A stretch of DNA of 64,000 nucleotides. Origin: Iphione sp. A-MEVVRFRX5 (taxonomy: Eukaryota). Of this stretch, positions 27,555-37,051 are shown in pieces (the first letter of the stretch is position 1; every line of letters starts with the position of its first letter). The translations under genes were made by a program, and so were the position numbers. The notes beneath the pieces are model-generated. The model made no database searches and was not told the DNA's origin. It saw nothing but the letters and a program-made list of their open reading frames with translations. The DNA is taken from assembly GCA_976226885.1 (NCBI GenBank), contig OZ320318.1, positions 43,028,001-43,092,000 of the forward strand, written 5' to 3'.

Positions 27555-28934
27555 TAGGCAGAAGTCCCACAGAAAGGAGATATAAGGGAAGTAAAATGAC
27601 TAGGAAAAAATAGGGAGAATGAAAGAGGGGAAAGAAAGAGGTGCTAGACGAGGTGAAATCATGAATTCAATATTGACGAAGAGAACTGGAAATGAATATA
27701 GAGAAGTCAATAAGTGTTTAGTACATGACGGGATGGATGGAGGGGAACAAAAGCACAAAACTATAAGATAAGAAGGCAGAAGGGAGGTAATGTAAGGGAA
27801 AGACACAGAGGGAGTCAGAAAGAGAGACGGAATGGGAGAGTGAGTCATTCTAACTTATTATCGTTCTCTCTCGATCCTTTATGACGAGATTCTCGTGTCA
27901 TTAAACGCGCACTGCGAAGTATGTGTCTTCCCTCTGTACCCTTGCACAGCTTTCCATGACCCCAACTACATCCTCTATCTACGTCCTCTTTGTTCCTTTC
28001 TATTTTTTCTTGTCTTAAAGCCTTCATGTGTAGGTATAGTCTCCTTCGTGCATCGTTCCAACTCTTGTAGCACCAATGTTACTTTTCCACTGTACAATTT
28101 CCTGCCTATCAAGCGTGTTTCTTTCGTACATATCTCATTCCTCCGACTTTTTCAATCTCCTCTTATATCTCCTTCGTAATCCCACCATCCCCACCTCTGC
28201 TCCGCCCCTATCCACCTCCCTTCCCCATGTTATTCATATCCTCCCTACACACTACATACTATGCCCATCTGTCGCCCGCTCTCTCTCCAAATATCCTAAA
28301 GGTGCGCTCTGGCCATGTGAGATGTGAGTTTTATTAGTGTTCGCTTCGAGGAGGCTTCCCTCGACAAGAAACAGTTTGTATCATGCACTGGTGTACCGTG
28401 AAAGGAGGTGCACGTGAACTGTATGTCTCTCTTATACTGTTATATCCTACACTGATTCCATCTACATCTGTGATCCTATTTCTGATTTTCCTGAGCACTA
28501 CAGGCCACGATCTCATCTGCATCGGAGACGTCAGACCTAGGTGTTGATCTGGTTCATTGAAGAAATTTTGTTGACACTTTGTCAACAGACACTTCCTGAT
28601 ACTTATCTCCCTGCAAGATATTTAAGATGTCGTATTACATTTCTGATATATTGACACTAGTAGGCAATGGACATTTCCCTCGTCTCTGCTTCTGCAGGCA
28701 AGCCTTTAGGTGAATATTTTTTTTACACTTTCCTCTTTACACCACCTTCCCAGACAATCTTTCCGTGAATGTTTCTCCTTCCCAGTACTGTAGCTTGGGA
28801 ACTCCGTGTGTACATCTCCGAACCGTTTGGTCTTTGGTTCATGGTTTTCTAAATATTACCCAGGAGTACTATTGCAGAGTGTGCTCAGTTCCTCCCTAGC
28901 CGCATTCATCCTGAACATCAAACCGCTAAAGATT

Positions 28935-29155
28935 TTGGCCTGGTCATTACAGCCATGGGCTTTGCATCCCTGGGCATTTGACCCTGGAAAATCTGCCGCT
29001 GGAGACTTTGTCCCTGGACATTTCACCAACAACATGATATTTCAACTTAACCCTGCACCTGGTGATATGTTAGCCCCTGGGCCATTTTCTCGGCATAGCT
29101 TGAATTCCGCGGGCAGGAAATATTTCTACCCGGGACACTTTGCCGTTGGACATCT
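28935..29155. repeat. Degenerate short-motif array (cc(c)tggacattt-like)
   Basis: About 10 variants, e.g. ccctgggcattt, ccctggacattt, cccctgggccattt, cccgggacacttt. Probably the subterminal array of a decayed element. Confidence 0.4.
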
Positions 29156-29721
29156 TTAACTTGCAATGCATCACAACTTAGAGCGTTCTCCCTCTTCACA
29201 GCAAACGAACTGCTAAGTGCGACACCTACTGTTGACCCAGAGTACCAGCCATGGGTACGTCCCTATAGGCATTTATGTACGCGGAGCCGGCACTACTGCT
29301 GACCAGGCAAAATGCATGTGATGTGCAATATATTTTTTCTCTCTCTTTCTCACCTTCCCCGTCACAGGTTTCATCCCCTTCTCCTCGTAAGCCCGAGGGC
29401 GCATGGCAACACTTAGCAGATGGTGATTTTTCCTGAACGTCCCGGATGGAATTTTCTACGTGCGCCCCCCCCCCTCCCCGCCCCCGTCGTTCGTCTAGTG
29501 TCCGGGCACCTTCTCTGACACTGTACACCATGTAAACGGTTGTCCAAGGAGAGGCCTAAATAGTGTCCATACCACACTGAAACTGCTGATAAGTGGGCTC
29601 TGGCTGAGTTTCTGTCAGAAACACCAGTTCTATAGCAGTTGGTTTAGGCAACTAGAGTATGGCGGCCAGAGAGTAGACGTCCACGACAGGGGCTCTCCAG
29701 ATTTCTTGATACCGACGCATA

Positions 29722-31302
29722 ATGCCGAAACTCACGTTGAAAGAGAGAGAGTCAAGAGGTGCATCTGGTACCCCGGTAACAAGATCGAGATCGAGATCGC
29801 AAAAAGGCGATAGCTCGAGCGATAGAGGATCGATCGAAAAAGGCAATGGCAAGACCATGGGCGATAATCTGAACATCGAAATACGGGGCGCCAACAAGGA
29901 GAAACCGGATGTAAACAGCACACAGCCGGATGTAAACAAAGAGAGCATCGCCGACATCGGGCAACATGATAAGGACAACACCGCGAACAGTAATGGCAAC
30001 AGCAACAATGGGCATGATCAACAGGCAAACCATACTCATAGCCCAGACAACGCGACCAACATGAGAAATGATAGTACAGGTGCTACAGACAACAACGATC
30101 CTGTACAAGAATCTGCCGTGACTATCATAGCCGAGCTCAGGAAGGAAATAGCAAACCTGCGGGAACAGCTGGCATCAGAGACCACGAAACTGAGAGGCGA
30201 AATAGCTGAACTACGTAAAGAAAATCAGAAGACTCGTGGAGGAGCAGGGGTTAAAGACGTGACTACCTGCACTGAGACTGCCAGAAAACTGGATTCGGTG
30301 AGAAGTGATATAGCCATTATCACTGCCAACACAGCTATTCTGTCCAAGAAATGCGAGAAGTTGGATAACGACATCTCTAGAATCGAATTGAAAGACAGAT
30401 CAAACAGGCTGGTTATTGAAGGAATCCCTAAGAGAGAAGAGGGCAACTTACGAAGGTTCGTGGAAGGTGTCCTTTTTCATGCGGCTGGCGTGCACCGCAA
30501 CCGACTGCACGAAGTCTACAGGCTGCCGGGAGGAGAGAATAACATCAGAGCGTGCGTAGTGCTCGACACTCTCGAGACGAAAAAGACCCTGATGAAGCAC
30601 AGAGCATCATTAGCAAGGTCCCGCTGGTATTCAACAATATATATCAAGGAGGACATTCCGCCCAGAGCGATGGATGCACACAAGATGCAAAACCGGATAG
30701 CATCGGCGGCGAAAAAATGTGGAAGACGCGCGACGGTCAGAGGCATAGACCTCCTAATAGAGGGGGAGAGATTCACACCCCTAGACGTCTATGATCTACC
30801 AAACGACGTGAAGGAGGTCCTAGCTGCAACCAGTTCCACAGATGACATATTCTGCTTCAACAACGACGTACAGGGCCTATCGCCGATGGAGTACTCACCC
30901 TTCGAACATAACGGCAAATTCTACACGTGCATAGAAACTGCGTACCAAACTGAAAAATCGCGCTGCTGCCAAGACTCTCGCGCAGAGCGAGATATAAACA
31001 ACGGAACCTCGGGCTATGACTCGCGCCGCGCCGGTTATCGGATCGAGGAATCTGAAACATGGAAAGACAATCTCGAGGTAACGCTAGATAGTATATTGGC
31101 TAGCAAATTCTCTGCCAATCAGTTGCACAGTGACATTCTTATTGCAACAGGTGAAAAGCGTCTAATTTATGTTGACAACGACAGAACGCTCGGTAGCGGT
31201 GATAGGGGTTGGGACTGCAAAGATGGCGGTACATGCGAAACCGGTAAAAATGTGCTGGGCCAAGCACTTGAGCGTTACAGGTCAAAGATAAGAACACAGT
31301 AA
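29722..31302 (+). CDS. LINE ORF1 protein, 526 aa: disordered N-terminus, coiled coil, L1/Tnp22-type RRM-CTD-like region, C-terminal NADAR (YbiA-like) domain
   Basis: Heptad-rich segments (IAELRKEIANLREQL...LRGEIAELRKENQK; LDNDISRIELKDR) are followed by SNRLVIEGIP, YRLPG..IRACVV, IYIKEDIP and ATVRGIDLLIEG, which are typical ORF1 RRM/CTD motifs. Residues ~374-526 carry NADAR-like motifs: LSPMEYSPFEHNGKFYTCIETAYQTEK, W447, SKFSAN, LIATGEKRLI, DRTLGSG, GKNVLGQALERYR. Confidence 0.85.
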   Translation: MPKLTLKERESRGASGTPVTRSRSRSQKGDSSSDRGSIEKGNGKTMGDNLNIEIRGANKEKPDVNSTQPDVNKESIADIGQHDKDNTANSNGNSNNGHDQQANHTHSPDNATNMRNDSTGATDNNDPVQESAVTIIAELRKEIANLREQLASETTKLRGEIAELRKENQKTRGGAGVKDVTTCTETARKLDSVRSDIAIITANTAILSKKCEKLDNDISRIELKDRSNRLVIEGIPKREEGNLRRFVEGVLFHAAGVHRNRLHEVYRLPGGENNIRACVVLDTLETKKTLMKHRASLARSRWYSTIYIKEDIPPRAMDAHKMQNRIASAAKKCGRRATVRGIDLLIEGERFTPLDVYDLPNDVKEVLAATSSTDDIFCFNNDVQGLSPMEYSPFEHNGKFYTCIETAYQTEKSRCCQDSRAERDINNGTSGYDSRRAGYRIEESETWKDNLEVTLDSILASKFSANQLHSDILIATGEKRLIYVDNDRTLGSGDRGWDCKDGGTCETGKNVLGQALERYRSKIRTQ

Positions 31303-31706
31303 CTTCTGTTATGCGTACTAATGTCATAAAAGATCTTGGCATTTAATGCTCAGCGAGCTTTAAGGCCGACATCCTTTTGACTATTTCGATTAAATCAATT
31401 GTACGTAATCTGGCTACACCAAGTTCTCACTGCAAAACTTGATCGTAAGTGAAAATAAGATCTCATCTATCAGTGTATGACTGTAAGTGATGTTGGAATA
31501 GTTTTGCTAACCAGATTGTACTGATTATTTTGTCCCGTGATTATCAAATATAAATTCGGGTAGAAGTGTAGCAACGGTCAAATAGATTCGGTTCTGTTCT
31601 TATTTGTTATCTAGAGTACGAAATACGAAATCATCCAAGCGTCCCTGACTGTCTGCGGACACGGATCGCCATTATCTGTGATGGCAGGACTTCAGAGAGT
31701 GTCAGA

Positions 31707-32324
31707 ATGCTACAGCAAGCTTATCTACCACCAATGTCAATCTTGGTTATACGTGTACGAAGGGCAACTTATTCCCAGCTACTGTGTCTCTTCAACCGAC
31801 GCGACTGGTCGGGGTTTGCGCTAATTCTAGTGCTGACTGGGACATATGACGTCCTAAGGAGAGAATGCTGCCAGTGGACACTGAGATGCCAAAATCCTGA
31901 CAGGTACATAACCCGTCTCCAGGGAACATTTTCGAGGATGTCAGAGGTGCTAGTCTCCGAGGGAACTCCTGGACCAAGACTCATGTGTGTGCCCATGCCG
32001 GGCGTACTGCTTCGCAGGTGCGAACCTGACCTTTATCTGGACGATCCGACGCAGCAGTTAATCCTGAACGAGTCTATCATTCTTCATAACGAACTGTGTC
32101 GGAGATCAGCAAACAGGTATGGACTCGACCCACCTGGTCTTGATGAGCGGATCAACCGCATAGTAGGAGGTGTAATTCAAATAGACGGTCATCATCTCAC
32201 TATAGACGGCATTCTTGTAGAACCTTATGTCGTCCAAGAATGGTTGCAGATACTTTCTCGCTTTATTAGGCGTTTTGTATGGAGGTTTGCTACACACATG
32301 TACCTGGTGTTTAACAATATATAG
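31707..32324 (+). CDS. Extra ORF of unknown function inside the LINE, between ORF1 and ORF2 (205 aa)
   Basis: This is the longest ORF in the window outside ORF1/ORF2. It is ATG-initiated, on the element's sense strand, and of normal protein-like composition. It contains IQIDGHHLTIDGILVEP, which resembles the ORF1 CTD motif ATVRGIDLLIEGERFTP. Confidence 0.5.
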   Translation: MLQQAYLPPMSILVIRVRRATYSQLLCLFNRRDWSGFALILVLTGTYDVLRRECCQWTLRCQNPDRYITRLQGTFSRMSEVLVSEGTPGPRLMCVPMPGVLLRRCEPDLYLDDPTQQLILNESIILHNELCRRSANRYGLDPPGLDERINRIVGGVIQIDGHHLTIDGILVEPYVVQEWLQILSRFIRRFVWRFATHMYLVFNNI

Positions 32325-32416
32325 ATTTTGGTTGCAGATACTTTCTCGCTTTATTAGACGTTTTGTATGGAGGTTTGCTATACACATGTACCTGGTGTTT
32401 AACAAAATATAGATTT
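32241..32416 (+). repeat. 88-bp tandem duplication inside the LINE spacer
   Basis: tggttgcagatactttctcgc...atatagattt starts at 32241 and again at 32329, with about 3 substitutions. Confidence 0.9.
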
Positions 32417-32813
32417 ACAATGAGTGCTAAATTCTAATGATCACAGACGTTACTGGTACACTTAGACAACTTTACACTAGCCGCTTGTGTTGGACTGCCA
32501 GAGATAACTTGTACAACTGCAGTGATGATGTTCAAATCAAGTCGCATTGACTGTTGAATCGGATCATGATTTACCTCCTGCATAGTTTACTGCGGCCTTC
32601 TGATCACACTCATGCTTGTTTTTTTTTTTTTTTTCTTGACTATGTGACTGTCTGCATGGTTTGTTTGGTTGCTTAATCTCAGATCGTATCTCGCGTTCTC
32701 TTAATCCATGTTATGTGTATGCGAAATCGCGTCTCTTATTGACAACTATCATTTGTGTCTGACGACTGAAATCTTCTTAGTATCGTTTATTGAGCTGTTT
32801 TGATTCGTATGTC

Positions 32814-33092
32814 ATGGATAACTCTAGGGCCACTCAGGAAATTTTACGGTTTGGCCTCCGATGTTTATTTATCCCAGTTGTTGTGTCCACTATTTATCTC
32901 AGCGACGCTAAAGAGTGCTATCAGTTAGACCAAAGAGACTATGTACTCCAGATTGTTCTTTCGTACTTCATTTTTGCCGTGATCCTGTACACATTGGCCT
33001 GGTATACAACGCCTATTAATATCTTCTGTATTCATTGTCTGGATGAAACTACTGACTTTACTGACTTAACCATTCACACTTTCTCCTACTAA
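32814..33092 (+). CDS. Possible small membrane protein ORF (92 aa from ATG, two hydrophobic segments) in the LINE inter-ORF spacer
   Basis: The first ATG of track ORF 32790-33092 is at 32814. Hydrophobic stretches are ILRFGLRCLFIPVVVSTIYL and YVLQIVLSYFIFAVILYTLAWY. The ORF is short and could be chance. Confidence 0.3.
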   Translation: MDNSRATQEILRFGLRCLFIPVVVSTIYLSDAKECYQLDQRDYVLQIVLSYFIFAVILYTLAWYTTPINIFCIHCLDETTDFTDLTIHTFSY

Positions 33093-33325
33093 TGCAGACC
33101 TGTTCCAACCATCCTGATCGTGGCAATCTGTCCATTATAAACAACACCCCGGGTCACCAGGTGTACCTGCCATTCCACCCAAGTCCGTGACTCGCTTAGT
33201 CACTTTAATTCAACATCCAATCAGACAATATTACTACCCACTAATACTCTCTTAACTCTTATCTGGAGAGCCCCAACGTCACCACTAGTGTCACCGTCTC
33301 TTCGAATATCACGATCAGTAACACA

Positions 33326-36127
33326 ATGGTGATAAAGATCGCAGGTTACAACATTAGGAGCCTGCCAAAGAAAACCTAGCAGTTGGCTGGCCTACTCTCA
33401 GCAGCCAACATCGACATACTATGCATCGGTGAATCCTGGTTGGGAGAACATCACAAGGATGATGAACTCTATATCCCTGGCTATAAGTTCATCAGAAAGG
33501 ATCGTCAAGGGGTGGCTGCAAAACGAGGGGGAGGACTGGCGATATATTACAAAGAGTATATTCAACTCCAGTGTATGATCCCCCTGCCGGAGAATACCTC
33601 AAACTGTGAAATGATGGCTGCAAAATTCAAAATGGGAATGCACAGGCCAGTTTGCATCCTCAACGTCTACCGTCCACCGAGCGAGCCAATGAAGAGCTCT
33701 ATAGCAGCGATAGAAGCAGCCGGCAGAGCTATTCTGAGATCAGGAAGATCCGACAAAGTCATATTAGGCGACTTCAATTTTGACATATTAAACGATAAAT
33801 CGGCGGGGACAGGGATAGTCAATGCCCTATCAGGGCTAGGCTTTGCACAGCTAATACAGGAATCTACCATGCTATATAATGACCACTGCTTAGACCATCT
33901 GTGGGTCTCAAAACCAGGAGATTTCACTGGTGGAACGTTAGAGTGGTTCTTGAGTGACCACTTGGCAACAGTGGCCACAATAAAGAAGGGCAAGCCTCGT
34001 CTAAAATGCTCCACGTACACCTCGAGGAGATGGTCGGACATCAACATTGAAGAGCTGCACAACCACATGCGAACCACGAGTATGAATCGAGGGACCGACC
34101 ATGAAGACTCGTGGAATCAGTTCGAAGGAAGCCTCCGCGACTGGCTGGACAAAGAGTGTCCCCCGAAGACAAGAACGCGATGGGAGGAGCCTGATGGCTT
34201 TGTCGCCCCAGCGCACGTGAAGGAAGTCCTGGCTGAACGAACATATTTCTACAGGAAATGGAAGGCGGATAAGACGGAGGATAATCTCCAGATCTTCAAG
34301 TTTTGGAATAGGAATGCCAGGAAAGCCTTAAAGGAAGCCAGGAAAAAAGATTGGGAGCGACGACTAAAAGACGCTCGTGGAGACGCGAGCCTACTCTGGG
34401 AGAGCCTAAATGAGGCCATGAACAGGAAGCGCCGAAAACAGACTCTTCCGGATAAAGACGAATGGCAAGAAAAACATGGGAAGAGCTTTGCTGAATCGTT
34501 AAACCATTATTTTGTTGAGGAGGTCGAGAAGCTAGCAGGACGCTCGGAAGAAGACAGAGCAAAGGAAACAGAGTTGATCAAGGATCATTTATTTGGAGCC
34601 GGCTTCGAAATTCCGATGCCTACTCCATTAGATGTCAGGCAGCTGATCAAGTCTATTGACGTCAAGAAGTCAAGTGGTATTGAAGGCATACCAAGTCGTG
34701 TATTAAAACCGCTTCTTGAACTCTGTCCGGACTATATGGCCTGGCTCTACGGCGAAATCCTTAACACCGGCCACTACCCAACTAGTTGGAAAATTGCGCG
34801 GGTGAGCCCTTTGTTCAAAAAGGGCTCACTGAACGAAGCTGGTAATTATCGACCAGTTTCCATACTGCCGGTCCAAGGCAAATTATGCGAGAAATGGTTC
34901 ACAACAAACCCAACCACACAACTCGAGCGCAAGGAGCAATTCTGCCCCTCTCAGCACGGATTCCGGGCATCAAGAGGAACGGAAACTGCAGTCATCAACT
35001 TGGTCAACAAGGCAACAGAACTGATCAACGCGAACCAGTACTGTTGCCTACTCACATTTGATATGCGAAAGGCGTTTGACCTTATTCCACACGTCTCCAT
35101 CATCAAGCGCCTTCAGGAACTGGGTGTAGGGCCAAAGTTCAGGAGACTGATTGCCTCATACCTACATGATCGACAGCAGTTCGTCAGATGTCAAGGCACC
35201 GATTCGACCATGCTAACCATCCGACAGGGAGTGCCACAGGGTTCAATATTTGGCCCTGTGGCATTCATCTTGGCTGTAAATAACATCACGGACATCCTCC
35301 CTACTGGGAGTCACGCTGTTATGTATGCCGATGACCTGTCGGTCATCGCCCATGCAAGGGATCTACTGCGTCTGAGAAATGTGGCAAATCTCGTATTGAC
35401 CAGGGTCTCAGACTGGTGCGCCAAAGAAAACTTGATCCTGAGTGGTAACAAGTGCGCATATCTTCCAATGGGGAAAGCCACGAACATACCGTTGGACCTA
35501 TCGTTGCAAGGTAATGACTTGCACCAAGATAAAGTGACAGCGCTACTTGGTTACCACCTTGATGGGAGGCTAAGCATGAAGGACAGCATGAAAATCGTAA
35601 AGAAGAAGACGTGGGGAATAGCACTATCCATAGGCAGAACAAAAGGCTTCCTTAGTTTGGGAGCGAGACTCGTGTTGCTCAAGGGCCTTCTCCTACCGCA
35701 TTTCCAATATGCAGCTGCCCTTTGGTACGGTATCTCCTCGTCGGACAAAATACGACTCCAAATCCATCTCAACAAATGCTGTAGGATATGCCTCCAACGT
35801 GAAATATTCCTCTCCGCTGCTAGACTAGAGTCGCAATTCGGGATCCCACGAGTAAGAGATCTTGTAGAGCGTAGAGGCCTCGTGGCGATCCACAACCAAC
35901 TAAAACTAGGACTGCTACAGCCAAGAAAGGACACTAAGACACGACGTGGTCAGGAAACAAGGGTGTATGTGGATAAACCCAACAGCACCAAGTTCGCAAA
36001 GTCTCTACGTTATCGAGGGGTTCGGAGGTGGAATAACCTGTCGCCTGACCTCAAACTGGCCAAGAAAATCACCGTGAGAGGCTTGGCGTCGGCCGGAATC
36101 GACGGGGCATGGGAGTACAATACTTGA
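33326..36127 (+). CDS. LINE ORF2: APE-type endonuclease + reverse transcriptase; single in-frame TAG at codon 18 (33377-33379)
   Basis: ATG at 33326 is in frame with track ORF 33383 and gives MVIKIAGYNIRSLPKKT*QLAGLL. EN motifs: YNIRSL, GESW, VYRPP, GDFN, LDH, SDH. RT motifs: YRPVSIL, QHGFR, FDMRKAFD, GVPQGSIFGP, YADD. The C-terminal RWNNLSPDLK is typical of CR1/L2-group ORF2. Confidence 0.92.
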
Positions 36128-37019
36128 GTCTAAAACTCATGAGCTCTTAACTCGTCCCCATCTGTAGGCCAGATTGACTCACACTCCCATCACTAACATC
36201 TAACATCTTCACTAGCTGCTTAAGCTAACAGGATAGGCAGGGCGGGCTTACTAGCCACATACTGTTATAGATACCCTCATGATCGTGTCAGGCAGGGGTG
36301 CTTATACTTTCTCTGCTGTATGTGTAACTAGACGAGGGACATTATGTGCACTCTGATATTGTCCAAATTATGTTATTATGGGTTAAGTTACCGGTAGGTA
36401 ATAGTACAATAACCGTCTGAGATCACCTGTTTCTGAAATGTACCGCGCCACTCAAAACATGACTGCCAGGCGTAGCACTACCATTTATGTGACCGAGACC
36501 TAAACTGGTCTGATCTTTACCCAAATTGCTCACTGTGATAAATGAATCCTCGTGATACTATGGCTGCCCACTTGAGACCATATGTTATGAAGCTATGCAC
36601 TCAGGTTCGCAATCGTAGCAAACAATTCAGCGTTATACACACCCATAGGACTGTATAACTATAAAGGCATGATAAAAAGAGCCTGTTGTATACGACACAT
36701 TCCCTTGCTTTACATCGTCAGTATGATTAGACTATATGGTTACCGTTTTAAAAGTGGTGTTAAATGTTAACTTAACTGCACTGAAGACAGGACTAGCAAC
36801 ACAGGCGATTGCATGAACAACTATTTATTTTTCTATGATGATCCATGACTGCTACATCATGCTCAGCACAAGTCCAAATACCACTGAACTTGATTGAATG
36901 TCAACGTTGCATTACTTAAATCTCATTATCTTGCCTTGTATATACGTTTTATCTACAAAACAATTGGTCGTTGGGCCAGTTCCTCTGGAAAACTCTGTAC
37001 AATGCGTCGGAGATTGCTG

Positions 37020-37051
37020 AATAAAAACTTGAAACTTGAAACTTGAAACTT
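37020..37051 (+). repeat. LINE 3' terminus: polyadenylation signal plus (AAACTTG)n tail
   Basis: AATAAA at 37020-37025; AAACTTG at 37025, 37032 and 37039, and AAACTT at 37046. Short tandem-repeat tails are characteristic of CR1/L2-group LINEs. Confidence 0.85.

Larger units (their letters stand above)
29650..37051 (+). mobile_element. Near full-length non-LTR retrotransposon (LINE), CR1/L2 group (Crack/Daphne/Kiri-like), multi-ORF
   Basis: ORF1 (29722-31302) and APE-RT ORF2 (33326-36127) are on the same strand. A ~900-bp 3' UTR ends in AATAAA (37020-37025) plus an (AAACTTG)x~4 tail (37025-37051). TTAGGC occurs at both 29644-29649 and 37050-37055 (candidate TSD), and ATGGCGGC lies at 29659 just inside the putative 5' end. 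The 5' boundary is inferred. Confidence 0.9.

Noticed and set aside
29652-31060. Several minus-strand ORFs (60-118 aa) overlapping ORF1
   Set aside because: Antisense shadows of a long coding frame, with no recognisable motifs.
33090-33190. TAATG stop-start overlap at the end of the 92-aa ORF, with the ATG in frame with ORF2 (SART1-like coupling)
   Set aside because: The ATG at 33092 hits TGA at 33188 and further stops before ORF2, so it cannot directly initiate ORF2.
33667-35934. Minus-strand ORFs (71-136 aa) overlapping ORF2
   Set aside because: Antisense shadows of ORF2.
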